From an uncultured Bacilli bacterium (GTDB taxonomy: Bacteria > Bacillota_I > Bacilli_A > RFN20 > CAG-826), in NCBI GenBank assembly GCA_934725985.1, contig CAKVCX010000002.1:24306-88305 (forward strand): a stretch of 64,000 nucleotides of DNA. The letters run 5' to 3'. Position 1 is the stretch's first letter; the number at the start of each line of letters is the position of its first letter. Of this stretch, positions 48,297 through 56,403 are shown piece by piece. Under the pieces are notes generated by a model. That model searched no databases. It was not told where the DNA came from and saw only the letters and a list, made by a program, of their open reading frames with translations. A program made the position numbers and the translations under genes.

Positions 48297-48851
48297 TTAT
48301 AGGCGTGCTAAAAACAGACTTAATTCTTTAATTATTTCTTCTTCTTTTTCTTCCCCGCTTTTAAAGGAATATTTTAAAACTTGCATTAAAGCACCGGCAA
48401 ATACGTTAGAAAGAAAAACGCTACTACCTGGATAAGAGAAAAAGTTTTTTGTCTCGTCTATTTTTGTTTTTACCGATGAGGCTATCTCCTTTGTGAATAT
48501 ATTTTCCATTAAATAAAATGAAGGGGAACTCGTCGAGTTTTTTATTAGTTTTCTATAACGAGAAAAAAGCTTGAAGCTTCTTTCTACTAAAATCGTGCAG
48601 TATTGTTTTATATCGACTATTTCATTTAAACCTTGAACTAAATAATCTAGTCTAATTTTATTGATAATATAAGTTAATAAATCATATTTATCCTTAAAAT
48701 GTTGGTAAAAGGTCGCCCTTCTAGTTTTAGCAAGGTCGCAAATTTCGTTAATGGTTATATCTTCTATCGGCCTATTTTCCATTAAAGACAATAAGGAAGA
48801 AGTCAGTGCTTCGTTTGTTTTGATGATTCTTATATCAATTTTATTATTCAT
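48297..48851 (-). CDS. TetR/AcrR-family transcriptional regulator
   Basis: The N-terminal HTH 'ITINEICDLAKTRRATFYQHFKDKYDLL' is the TetR signature. 184 aa. Divergent from the ABC operon. Confidence 0.85.
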   Translation of the reverse strand: MNNKIDIRIIKTNEALTSSLLSLMENRPIEDITINEICDLAKTRRATFYQHFKDKYDLLTYIINKIRLDYLVQGLNEIVDIKQYCTILVERSFKLFSRYRKLIKNSTSSPSFYLMENIFTKEIASSVKTKIDETKNFFSYPGSSVFLSNVFAGALMQVLKYSFKSGEEKEEEIIKELSLFLARL

Positions 48852-48862
48852 TTTCTTCTCTT

Positions 48863-48891
48863 TTGTAAATTTTGGACACTTTACATATAAT
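48863..48891 (+). promoter_or_regulatory. Sigma-70-type promoter for the ABC operon
   Basis: TTGTAA (48863-48868), 17 nt spacer, TATAAT (48886-48891). Confidence 0.55.
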
Positions 48892-48932
48892 GTCTATTGT
48901 TTGATAGTCAATCTTGATTATATTAGTTAGCG

Positions 48933-48962
48933 TTACAAATGTTAATTAAATATCATTTGTAA
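48933..48962 (+). promoter_or_regulatory. Perfect 9-bp inverted repeat (candidate TetR operator or 5'-UTR hairpin)
   Basis: TTACAAATG (48933-48941), 12 nt spacer, CATTTGTAA (48954-48962). It ends 4 nt before the AGGAGG RBS of the first ABC gene. Confidence 0.45.
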
Positions 48963-48979
48963 TATTAGGAGGCATGGCT

Positions 48980-49906
48980 ATGGAAGGTCAAGACGTAATT
49001 GTAATAGATGGTCTTACTAAAGACTATGGCCAGGGAAGAGGGGTATTTAATGTTTCTTTCTCTGTTCATAAAGGTGAATGCTTTGGCTTTCTAGGCCCTA
49101 ATGGAGCTGGAAAAAGCACGACCATTAGGCATTTAATGGGGTTTGCTAAGCCTGATTCAGGCGCGGCTAGCATAAATGGAATAGAAGCAAGCAAAAATTT
49201 AAAGAAGGCCATGGAAGGTACTTCTTATTTAATGGGTGAAGTCGCTTTGCCAAAATTATTGACAGGCAAACAGTTTTTAGACGAAATGGCTAAATTAAAA
49301 GGAATAAAGGATTTTGCCTTAAGAGACTATTTGGTTAAATATTTTGATCTTGATTTGTCCTTACTTTGCAAAGAGATGTCTACGGGCGGAAAAAGGAAGT
49401 TAGCTGTTGTTTCTTGTTTCATGTCCGACCCTGATGTAGTCGTAATGGATGAACCTAGTTCGGGGTTAGACCCGGAAATGCAAGGAAAGTTCCTTTCTTT
49501 GATTGAGGAAGAAAAAAGAAGGGGAAAAACAATGCTTCTTTCCTCTCACATCTTTTCAGAAGTTGATGCTTGCTGCGATAGGATTGCCATTATTAAGGAT
49601 GGGTCAATTGTATCTTTGTTTAATTCTGACGATTTAAAGCATAAAGAAGATAAAATCTATTCAATTAAATTTAGCAAAAAGGAAGATTATGTTGCCTTTG
49701 GCAAAAAGAAAACAAAAATATGGAAGATAGCCGATAAAGATTTAAAGTCTAAGCATATAGTTGTAAGTATAAAAGAAGGGGACGTCTTGTCTTTATTAAA
49801 AGAAATAGAAAGATATACCATTAAAGATTTTTCCGAAATAAAAGAGACTTTAGAGGATTATTTCATGTCATTTTATAAGGAGGATAAAACTTATGTCGGA
49901 CTCTAA
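48980..49906 (+). CDS. ABC transporter ATP-binding protein (ABC-2/DrrA-like) with C-terminal extension
   Basis: Carries 'GPNGAGKSTT' (Walker A), 'MSTGGKRKLAV' (signature) and 'VVVMDEPSSGLD' (Walker B). AGGAGG lies 7 nt before the ATG at 48980; an alternative ATG is at 48974. Confidence 0.9.
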   Translation: MEGQDVIVIDGLTKDYGQGRGVFNVSFSVHKGECFGFLGPNGAGKSTTIRHLMGFAKPDSGAASINGIEASKNLKKAMEGTSYLMGEVALPKLLTGKQFLDEMAKLKGIKDFALRDYLVKYFDLDLSLLCKEMSTGGKRKLAVVSCFMSDPDVVVMDEPSSGLDPEMQGKFLSLIEEEKRRGKTMLLSSHIFSEVDACCDRIAIIKDGSIVSLFNSDDLKHKEDKIYSIKFSKKEDYVAFGKKKTKIWKIADKDLKSKHIVVSIKEGDVLSLLKEIERYTIKDFSEIKETLEDYFMSFYKEDKTYVGL

Positions 49907-50798
49907 TTTAATTAGTGTGGTTACTTCTTCCTTGACTAAAGATTATGGCCAAGGTCGAGGCGATTTTGATTTAAGTATAGAAATTCCTCAAGGAGAATGT
50001 TTTGGCTTGGTTGGCGAGAACGGGGCGGGCAAAACTACTTTTTTAAGGTTATTGATGGGTTTTGTAAAACCTACTTCCGGGAATGCTAAAGTGTATGGGT
50101 ATGATGCATATAAAGATGCTGCCATCGTTAAAAATTATGTTTCCTATGTTCCGGGAGAAATAAATTTTCCCGAAGCTAAGACTGGGCTTGAATTTCTTAC
50201 TTCCTTTGGGGCAAAAAGAGGTGTGTCTAATTTTGATAAAGCGACTTCCATTATTAAGAGGTTGCAGCTAGATGCAAGAGCCTATCCCAAAAGAATGTCA
50301 AAAGGGATGAAACAAAAGTTAGCCATAGTATCTTCGCTTATGCTAGAGTCACCTCTTATTTTATTAGATGAACCAACAACCGGACTCGATCCATTGATGC
50401 GCGATGAATTGCTTAAACTTGTTTTAGAACAAAAAGAAGCGGGGCGTAGCGTCATTATGTCTTCTAATTCCGTCGAAGAATTAGAAAGGGTATGCGACCG
50501 TGTTATGCATATTAGCGGAGGAAAATGCATCGACATAGCCGATGTCAACGAAATAAAAAATTGTCCATTCAGGGATTATAAAATCGAATTCCTTGATAGA
50601 GATGATTATTCTCTTTTTGCAAAAAGAAAAAATGTTATTAGGTTTCAGCAACAATATAACCAAGTTACTTTAAGGGTTAATAAAAAGGATTTGAATAAAC
50701 TGTTTGCTGAATTAAACAATACGAAAATCAAATTCATATCCGAAGTACCCTATGATTTAAAAAGATACTTCGATGAAAGGAGAAAAGAAAATGAATAA
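49893..50798 (+). CDS. ABC transporter ATP-binding protein (second, paralogous)
   Basis: Carries 'GENGAGKTTF', 'MSKGMKQKLAI' and 'LILLDEPTTGLD'. AGGAGG RBS. Overlaps the upstream gene by 14 nt. Confidence 0.9.
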   Translation: MSDSNLISVVTSSLTKDYGQGRGDFDLSIEIPQGECFGLVGENGAGKTTFLRLLMGFVKPTSGNAKVYGYDAYKDAAIVKNYVSYVPGEINFPEAKTGLEFLTSFGAKRGVSNFDKATSIIKRLQLDARAYPKRMSKGMKQKLAIVSSLMLESPLILLDEPTTGLDPLMRDELLKLVLEQKEAGRSVIMSSNSVEELERVCDRVMHISGGKCIDIADVNEIKNCPFRDYKIEFLDRDDYSLFAKRKNVIRFQQQYNQVTLRVNKKDLNKLFAELNNTKIKFISEVPYDLKRYFDERRKENE

Positions 50799-53202
50799 TG
50801 AAAACGAAAATCAAATAAATTTGCCTTCCGTAACGAAAAAAAAGAAAAGAGGTGGCTTGTTTTCTTTTGCAATTTTTAAGGAAGAATTAAAAAGCAATTG
50901 GCTCTATAGTTTGATTGTTGGCTTAGGCAATGCCTTAATTATCATTTTGATCGTTTCGATTATGTCGACTTTAAATATAAATGCGACTAAGGATGCCCTA
51001 AATTCATTGTTTTCTAGCGCTTCGGAAGAAACTACATTAAAAAGTTCATCTGTTTCTTTATATGCCTTATATACTTCTTCAGCCGAAGGGTATTTAAAAG
51101 TCGATAATGGGATTGAACAAATTGGCTCATACTTTGAACAAGCTAATTCGATGATATCTTCTGATGATACTTCTACTTCTATGCTAGCTTTAAAAACCGC
51201 TTATGATGGAGCCTATAGACTATCTTCTGGAGGAGAAGAGGACAAAAAGAAAGCAGGCATAAATACATCAACCGTTTTATATAATACAGCCATAAATGCC
51301 ATGGAAGACGGCGTTAAAAAAGACTTTTTAAAATCCTTAATGCCTGAATATGTGAATTTTTATGCCGAAAAAGGATATGGCAATAGCGATTATGATTATA
51401 AATGGGGTCTATGTGAATCCATTGAGCCTGCTTTCAAATCATTTTTAAGAATGAAAAATTCATTGTCTAATATGGGTGGTAGCTTACTTTCTTATGGGGA
51501 TTTAGTTACCGCTGCCTTAGATACAAAAGTAGAAGAACTTTATTCATGCGTAAATGTTGCTAAAAATAATTTAGAAAGTGTCCTAGGATTTGATTCACAA
51601 GGAAAATCGATTACGGACGGGCTTACCCTAGAAGAAGGGAAATTCGAAACCGCTTTGGAATTGCTGCCTACTTTTGCCGGCTCTTCCTATAAAAAGATGG
51701 CTAGTGAAATATCTTCTTCTTTATTAGAAGCGTATTCAAAAGATAAAAAAGCATTTTTAGAAGAAAAAGAAAAACATATAGGAGAAACATTAAAACCTGC
51801 CGTTATTCTAGAAGCTAAGAAAACCATGGAAAGTATGGCTTATTATGAATATTTGCCTTCATTCCCTGTTGAATGGGTTACCAATGACTTAGGCTATCCA
51901 ATTACTTATCATTCTAATGGTAAGTTGAATCCTGATGGGACAGAAGTTCTAGAAGAGGTGCAATTAGTCGTATATCGTCCAGATTTATTCGTGAAGGTGA
52001 CTGGTGGCATGCCTTCCTCTTCTAACCTAGCCCAAAAGATGCATAAGGATATCTTGACTGGGGAGCCCTATAGCGAAGAAGAAATTGAACAAGCTAAAAA
52101 GGAAGCTAGCGAAGCATTAAATACAGCCTATACGAAATTGGATGCCTTCTTAGATGATTTCATTGCTAATAGAGACCTTTATGTGTCTGGCGATTCCATT
52201 GATGAAATTGCTATTGAAAATAGAGTACTAAAAGAAGTGGTTATAGAGGCTAAAGCCTTGGTATTAGAAGAATATAATAAAAAATTTAATACGGTTTATA
52301 CCGATATCGAAGATATTCCTTCTTCTTCATCTTATACTTCTGGTAAATCCATGCTTAATTCAATCTATACATATGGGTCCGCTGGAATTGGTTCTTTTAG
52401 GGCTTTAAAGACCTTAGGCGAACAAGAAAGAGGTTATAACGAGAACGATGCTTTGATTTTTGCAACAAGTGCCTCCTCTTTAGGAATTATCGATCAATTG
52501 CCTACGTCAGTAAGAGAATCTTTAACTGAAATGGGAGAGATGAATACCTACGGCATATTTGTTGGCGTTGTTTCCTTTGGCTTAGCTTGCGTTTTATTGC
52601 CTTTGGTTTATACGATTGTACTAAGTTCGAATCTAGTTGCTTCTAAAGTAGAAAACGGGTCATTAGCTTTTACCTTGACTACCCCAATTAGACGTACGAC
52701 TTTTGTATTTACTGAAGCCGTCTATTTGATTTTGACTGAGATTTTCTTAGGAGTGTGCTTATATTTAGGCGCTTTAATTAGCAGAGAAATCGGAATTCAA
52801 GTAGGTGGAGGGGACTTAATTGAGTCTTTATCAATCCATGATATTTCTTTGTATGCGTTCGGGTCTTGTTTGTTAATGGTTGGAATTTCTGGAATTTGTT
52901 TCCTTTCTTCTTGCTTATTTAATAAAAGCGGAAAAGCCATAGGCGTTGGGGGAGGATTAAATATTTCTTTCTTTATCGCTTCAATCCTTGGCCTATTTGG
53001 AACACAGGCCATACCTGGAACGGTCAGAATAGAGACTATGAATTATTTTAATTATGTCACCATTCTTTCCTTGTATGATGGCATGGCCGTTATGGATGGC
53101 GATCCAATTTATTGGTTTAAATTGCTCGCTCTAGTCGGAATTGCCATAATAACTTATGGATTTGGTATTTATTATTTCGATCATAAGGATTTGCCTTTAT
53201 AA
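50791..53202 (+). CDS. ABC-2-type permease with about 490-aa extracytoplasmic domain
   Basis: TM1 ('LYSLIVGLGNALIIILIVSIM') is followed by a long hydrophilic region, then 5 C-terminal TM helices. AGGAG lies 8 nt before the ATG at 50791. 8-nt overlap with the ATPase gene. Confidence 0.7.
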   Translation: MNNENENQINLPSVTKKKKRGGLFSFAIFKEELKSNWLYSLIVGLGNALIIILIVSIMSTLNINATKDALNSLFSSASEETTLKSSSVSLYALYTSSAEGYLKVDNGIEQIGSYFEQANSMISSDDTSTSMLALKTAYDGAYRLSSGGEEDKKKAGINTSTVLYNTAINAMEDGVKKDFLKSLMPEYVNFYAEKGYGNSDYDYKWGLCESIEPAFKSFLRMKNSLSNMGGSLLSYGDLVTAALDTKVEELYSCVNVAKNNLESVLGFDSQGKSITDGLTLEEGKFETALELLPTFAGSSYKKMASEISSSLLEAYSKDKKAFLEEKEKHIGETLKPAVILEAKKTMESMAYYEYLPSFPVEWVTNDLGYPITYHSNGKLNPDGTEVLEEVQLVVYRPDLFVKVTGGMPSSSNLAQKMHKDILTGEPYSEEEIEQAKKEASEALNTAYTKLDAFLDDFIANRDLYVSGDSIDEIAIENRVLKEVVIEAKALVLEEYNKKFNTVYTDIEDIPSSSSYTSGKSMLNSIYTYGSAGIGSFRALKTLGEQERGYNENDALIFATSASSLGIIDQLPTSVRESLTEMGEMNTYGIFVGVVSFGLACVLLPLVYTIVLSSNLVASKVENGSLAFTLTTPIRRTTFVFTEAVYLILTEIFLGVCLYLGALISREIGIQVGGGDLIESLSIHDISLYAFGSCLLMVGISGICFLSSCLFNKSGKAIGVGGGLNISFFIASILGLFGTQAIPGTVRIETMNYFNYVTILSLYDGMAVMDGDPIYWFKLLALVGIAIITYGFGIYYFDHKDLPL

Positions 53203-53217
53203 ACAATAATAAAAAAT

Positions 53218-53246
53218 GCTAGCCAAGGCTAAATGGCTAGCTTTTT
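53218..53246. terminator. Bidirectional rho-independent terminator (ABC operon / trmH-like)
   Basis: Stem GCTAGCCA / TGGCTAGC (53218-53225 / 53234-53241). An A-run lies upstream and TTTTT downstream. Confidence 0.75.
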
Positions 53247-53260
53247 ATTTAGAAATTTCT

Positions 53261-54019
53261 TTATTTATTATTTTTTGAAAATTCGAATAAAGCAATGGAA
53301 GCTGCATTATCTAAGTTTAAAGAATCTACCTTATTGCTGATTTTTATCAGAGTAGGAGTTCCTATATTTAAGAAACTTTTATCTAAGCCTGTAGCTTCGT
53401 TACCTAAAATAATGCTATAAGGGGAGTCTATTTCGATTTCATTTATTGGTTTTTTTGCTTGCAGCATGAAAGGATAAAAATGGTGGTTGTCATATTTTTG
53501 CCTATATTCTTCAAAGCTAGGAAAAATTTGTAAATTTATTGAAAATATTGAACCCATGGATGCTCTAATTGTTTTGGGGTCATAAGGATCGGCACATGGA
53601 GAAATTAAGGCGAGATTGTTTATATTAAAGGCTAAGGAAGAACGAAAAATTGTTCCTAAATTTCCCATGTTAGATGGGTTTACCAAAACGAGGTGATTTT
53701 TATTTTTGTCTAAATCACTAAATCTTTTTTTAAATTCCCCGATGGCTAAACAATTATCTTTTTCCGAGAGGTCTTTAAATATTTTTGCATTGTTTTCTAT
53801 TAGAGGAATGCTTTCTTGCTTTGCCTGCCTAACTATTTTTTGATATGTTTCATTTTTTTCAAATGAGGGCGATAGATAAATTCTTTTGATATCGTCTTTT
53901 CTATTTTCCAATAAATAAAAAAGCAAAGTAATACCTAGGGCAAAGGAGTTTTCATCTTTTTTACTATATTTAACCATAATGATATTTAAAAACTTTTGAG
54001 CCAAAATGGGAAGAGACAC
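53261..54019 (-). CDS. TrmH/SpoU-family RNA 2'-O-methyltransferase
   Basis: Carries 'LVLVNPSNMGNLGTIFRSSLAF', 'IILGNEATGL' and 'SLNLDNAASIALFEF', the SPOUT motifs. GTG start at 54019; an alternative ATG is at 53977. Confidence 0.8.
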   Translation of the reverse strand: MSLPILAQKFLNIIMVKYSKKDENSFALGITLLFYLLENRKDDIKRIYLSPSFEKNETYQKIVRQAKQESIPLIENNAKIFKDLSEKDNCLAIGEFKKRFSDLDKNKNHLVLVNPSNMGNLGTIFRSSLAFNINNLALISPCADPYDPKTIRASMGSIFSINLQIFPSFEEYRQKYDNHHFYPFMLQAKKPINEIEIDSPYSIILGNEATGLDKSFLNIGTPTLIKISNKVDSLNLDNAASIALFEFSKNNK

Positions 54020-54032
54020 CCTACTTATTTAT

Positions 54033-54419
54033 ATGGATAAAAAGAATAACAATTTAAAAGTAGGACGAATTTCTTCTAAAGTTGAAAAAGGATTGTCTTT
54101 ATCTCTATTTAGCGATTCGGGCATTTATTTAAATGAGGTTTTCTTAAATGAACTCGCCTATAAAAGACCGAAAACCTATCCGGAGGATATCGAAAGAATA
54201 ATTTCTTTGATAAAAAAACCAGATTTTGTCTTTTCTTTAAAAAAAGAAAAAGTATTAATTTATTCAAAAACGTATATTAAAGAATCTTCCTGTTATTTTC
54301 TTTTGCTTACATTAAATAGGATTGGCAAACCTAAAAAGTGGTGTGCTTCTTCCCTTCGTTATTCAAAACTTGAAGATTGCGGATATATTTTAAAAGAATA
54401 TAAATGCCTAAGGCTTTAA
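54033..54419 (+). CDS. Hypothetical small protein
   Basis: 128-aa ORF from the ATG at 54033. There is no TM. Coding status is only moderately supported. Confidence 0.35.
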   Translation: MDKKNNNLKVGRISSKVEKGLSLSLFSDSGIYLNEVFLNELAYKRPKTYPEDIERIISLIKKPDFVFSLKKEKVLIYSKTYIKESSCYFLLLTLNRIGKPKKWCASSLRYSKLEDCGYILKEYKCLRL

Positions 54420-54457
54420 TTCTATCATTCTTAATATTTAAAGTTCATAATTTGGTT

Positions 54458-54913
54458 ATGAAAAAAATCATGCCTTATATTTTGCTTTTTCTAGAATTAT
54501 TTATAAGCGGACTTATTTTATATACTTCGACCTTTTCCAATCAAAGCAATGTAACTAACGGAGGAAAATTTGCCGCCTTTTTAAATAATGTTTTCTTTTA
54601 TGGGGAACTAAATGATTTTGAGATAAAAAGTTTAGTAGGGTTCGGCGCAAAATTTGTCGGTCATTTTCTTTTCTTTGCTTTGGATGGGTTTATTGCTTTA
54701 CTTCTTTGGAAATATAAAAAGAATGATAGAACTACTTTGTTATTGTTTATCTATGCCTTATTTATCTCTGGCTTAGGAGAGATTATCCAAATATTTTCTT
54801 CTTCAAGGACTCCATCTATTTTTGATGTCCTTATTGATTTTTCAGGTTTTTGTCTACCTTTGTTTTGCTATTTAATTTGTAAAAAAAGGCCTTTATTCAT
54901 CCTTGATAAATAG
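54458..54913 (+). CDS. VanZ-family membrane protein
   Basis: 4 TM helices. 'KFVGHFLLFALDGF' and 'GEIIQIFSSSRTPSIFDVLIDFSGF' are VanZ motifs. I prefer the ATG at 54458. Confidence 0.7.
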   Translation: MKKIMPYILLFLELFISGLILYTSTFSNQSNVTNGGKFAAFLNNVFFYGELNDFEIKSLVGFGAKFVGHFLFFALDGFIALLLWKYKKNDRTTLLLFIYALFISGLGEIIQIFSSSRTPSIFDVLIDFSGFCLPLFCYLICKKRPLFILDK

Positions 54914-55561
54914 TTTTTTATATTTTCCTGATAAAACATTATTTAGGAATAGAAAAAGCAAATTATAAGTATAAAGGATTACAAAAGCTAAGCATATATA
55001 ACCTGGGAAATAAGTTTTTTTTGGATTTAGGAAATCATAAGGATAAATATCAGACCCATTATATAGTTTTATATCCGGCCAAATATAAGTCCTTAATAAT
55101 ACAAAGACTAAGTAATATATGGGGTAAATCAAGGAGAAGAAAGCGTTATACCATCTGACTGTTCCTTTTTCGGCGAACAAAAGCCAATCGAATAAAGATA
55201 CAAAAAGTAAACATAGATGGAATATTATCCCAATTTTTGTATACATGGATGGGTGTTCATTTATTGTTAAGGCAAAATAAAGAACGCTTGAACTGGTCGC
55301 ATATGTTAAACAAGGTAGCCCGAATTTCATATTCGTCCCGGCCGGTATTCCTATTATTCCATGCCTTAAGTCTATCGCGTTGACAATTATTTCTATTCCT
55401 AAGGCCAATAAATAAAGAAAGCTAGATTGTATATCGAAATGAATTATGGCTTCTTGAACCGAGCCGATTTCATTCATATAAAAATATAAAGAAGTTATTA
55501 AAAGGATAAATCCTATGGAACGATATAGTAAGCTTACAATTCTATTTTTGATAATTAACAT
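54893..55561 (-). CDS. Six-TM membrane protein (possibly Pr6Pr/FAR-17a-like)
   Basis: 222 aa with 6 hydrophobic helices. The family guess is from overall architecture only. Confidence 0.5.
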   Translation of the reverse strand: MLIIKNRIVSLLYRSIGFILLITSLYFYMNEIGSVQEAIIHFDIQSSFLYLLALGIEIIVNAIDLRHGIIGIPAGTNMKFGLPCLTYATSSSVLYFALTINEHPSMYTKIGIIFHLCLLFVSLFDWLLFAEKGTVRWYNAFFSLIYPIYYLVFVLLRTYIWPDIKLYNGSDIYPYDFLNPKKTYFPGYICLAFVILYTYNLLFLFLNNVLSGKYKKLFIKDE

Positions 55562-55604
55562 TTCTAAACAGCTTTCATTTCTTATTTGATATTATAATCT
55601 AGTT

Positions 55605-56141
55605 ATGAAAATTTCACTCTCATTAATTGATGATCAATATCCTTTTAAAGGATTATCCAATAAAAGAATAATTGCTAGAGCTATTTTATTTAATGAACAA
55701 GGAGAAGTTTGCCTTCATTTAGTATCTAGAGACGATCAATTTGGAAAACAAGAATATTTTGAAACACCAGGTGGTGGAGTGGAAGGAAAAGAGACACTAG
55801 TTTCTGCTTTACATAGAGAGATTAAGGAAGAAGTTGGCTGCAAAATCAAAGTAGAAGAAGAATTGGGTGTGGTTAAGGATTTTTATAATTTAATAAATAG
55901 AGAAAACGAGAATCATTTCTTTTTGGCCAAAGTATTAAGCAAAGGGGAACCTCTTTTTAAATCAGAAGGAGACTTGCTTATTAAAGAAACACGTTTTTAT
56001 CCTATAGACATAGCCATTGCCTTAATGGAAAAACAAGAAGATAAAGGTGTTTCTATTTTGGTAAAAAGAAGGGAATTACCTTTTTTAAAATTAGCCAAAA
56101 CTAGGCTTAATAAGTATTGTCCAAATATAAAAAAATATTGA
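55605..56141 (+). CDS. NUDIX hydrolase
   Basis: The Nudix box 'GGGVEGKETLVSALHREIKEEVGC' matches Gx5Ex7REUxEExGU. Confidence 0.85.
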   Translation: MKISLSLIDDQYPFKGLSNKRIIARAILFNEQGEVCLHLVSRDDQFGKQEYFETPGGGVEGKETLVSALHREIKEEVGCKIKVEEELGVVKDFYNLINRENENHFFLAKVLSKGEPLFKSEGDLLIKETRFYPIDIAIALMEKQEDKGVSILVKRRELPFLKLAKTRLNKYCPNIKKY

Positions 56142-56166
56142 TAAGCATCGAGAAACTATGTATATT
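56138..56166 (+). promoter_or_regulatory. Candidate promoter for tRNA-His
   Basis: TTGATA (56138-56143), 17 nt spacer, TATATT (56161-56166). It ends 11 nt before the tRNA 5' end. Confidence 0.5.
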
Positions 56167-56177
56167 AACTAAGCCGT

Positions 56178-56254
56178 GGCGCGATTGGTGAAACGGTGAA
56201 CACATCCGGCTGTGAACCGGACATGAACGGGTTCGACTCCCGTATCGCGCCCCA
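56178..56254 (+). tRNA. tRNA-His (anticodon GTG) with encoded G-1 and CCA
   Basis: Acceptor GCGCGAT/ATCGCGC, with an extra 5' G opposite C73. Anticodon arm TCCGG-CTGTGAA-CCGGA. T arm ACGGG-TTCGACT-CCCGT. 3' CCA is encoded. Confidence 0.9.
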
Positions 56255-56271
56255 GTTAGTTTAAATCTAGG

Positions 56272-56292
56272 CCAACTTCGGTTGGTTTTTTA
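56272..56292 (+). terminator. Rho-independent terminator after tRNA-His
   Basis: CCAAC-TTCG-GTTGG tetraloop hairpin followed by TTTTTT. Confidence 0.65.
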
Positions 56293-56403
56293 TTTTATAA
56301 ATTTGTTTATAATAAAAGAGAATATTTATATTTAAACGATTTCTGCTTTAACATTTCTCAGTTTTTTCAATTTGTATTAAAATCTTTTCTCGCGGGGTTG
56401 TAC

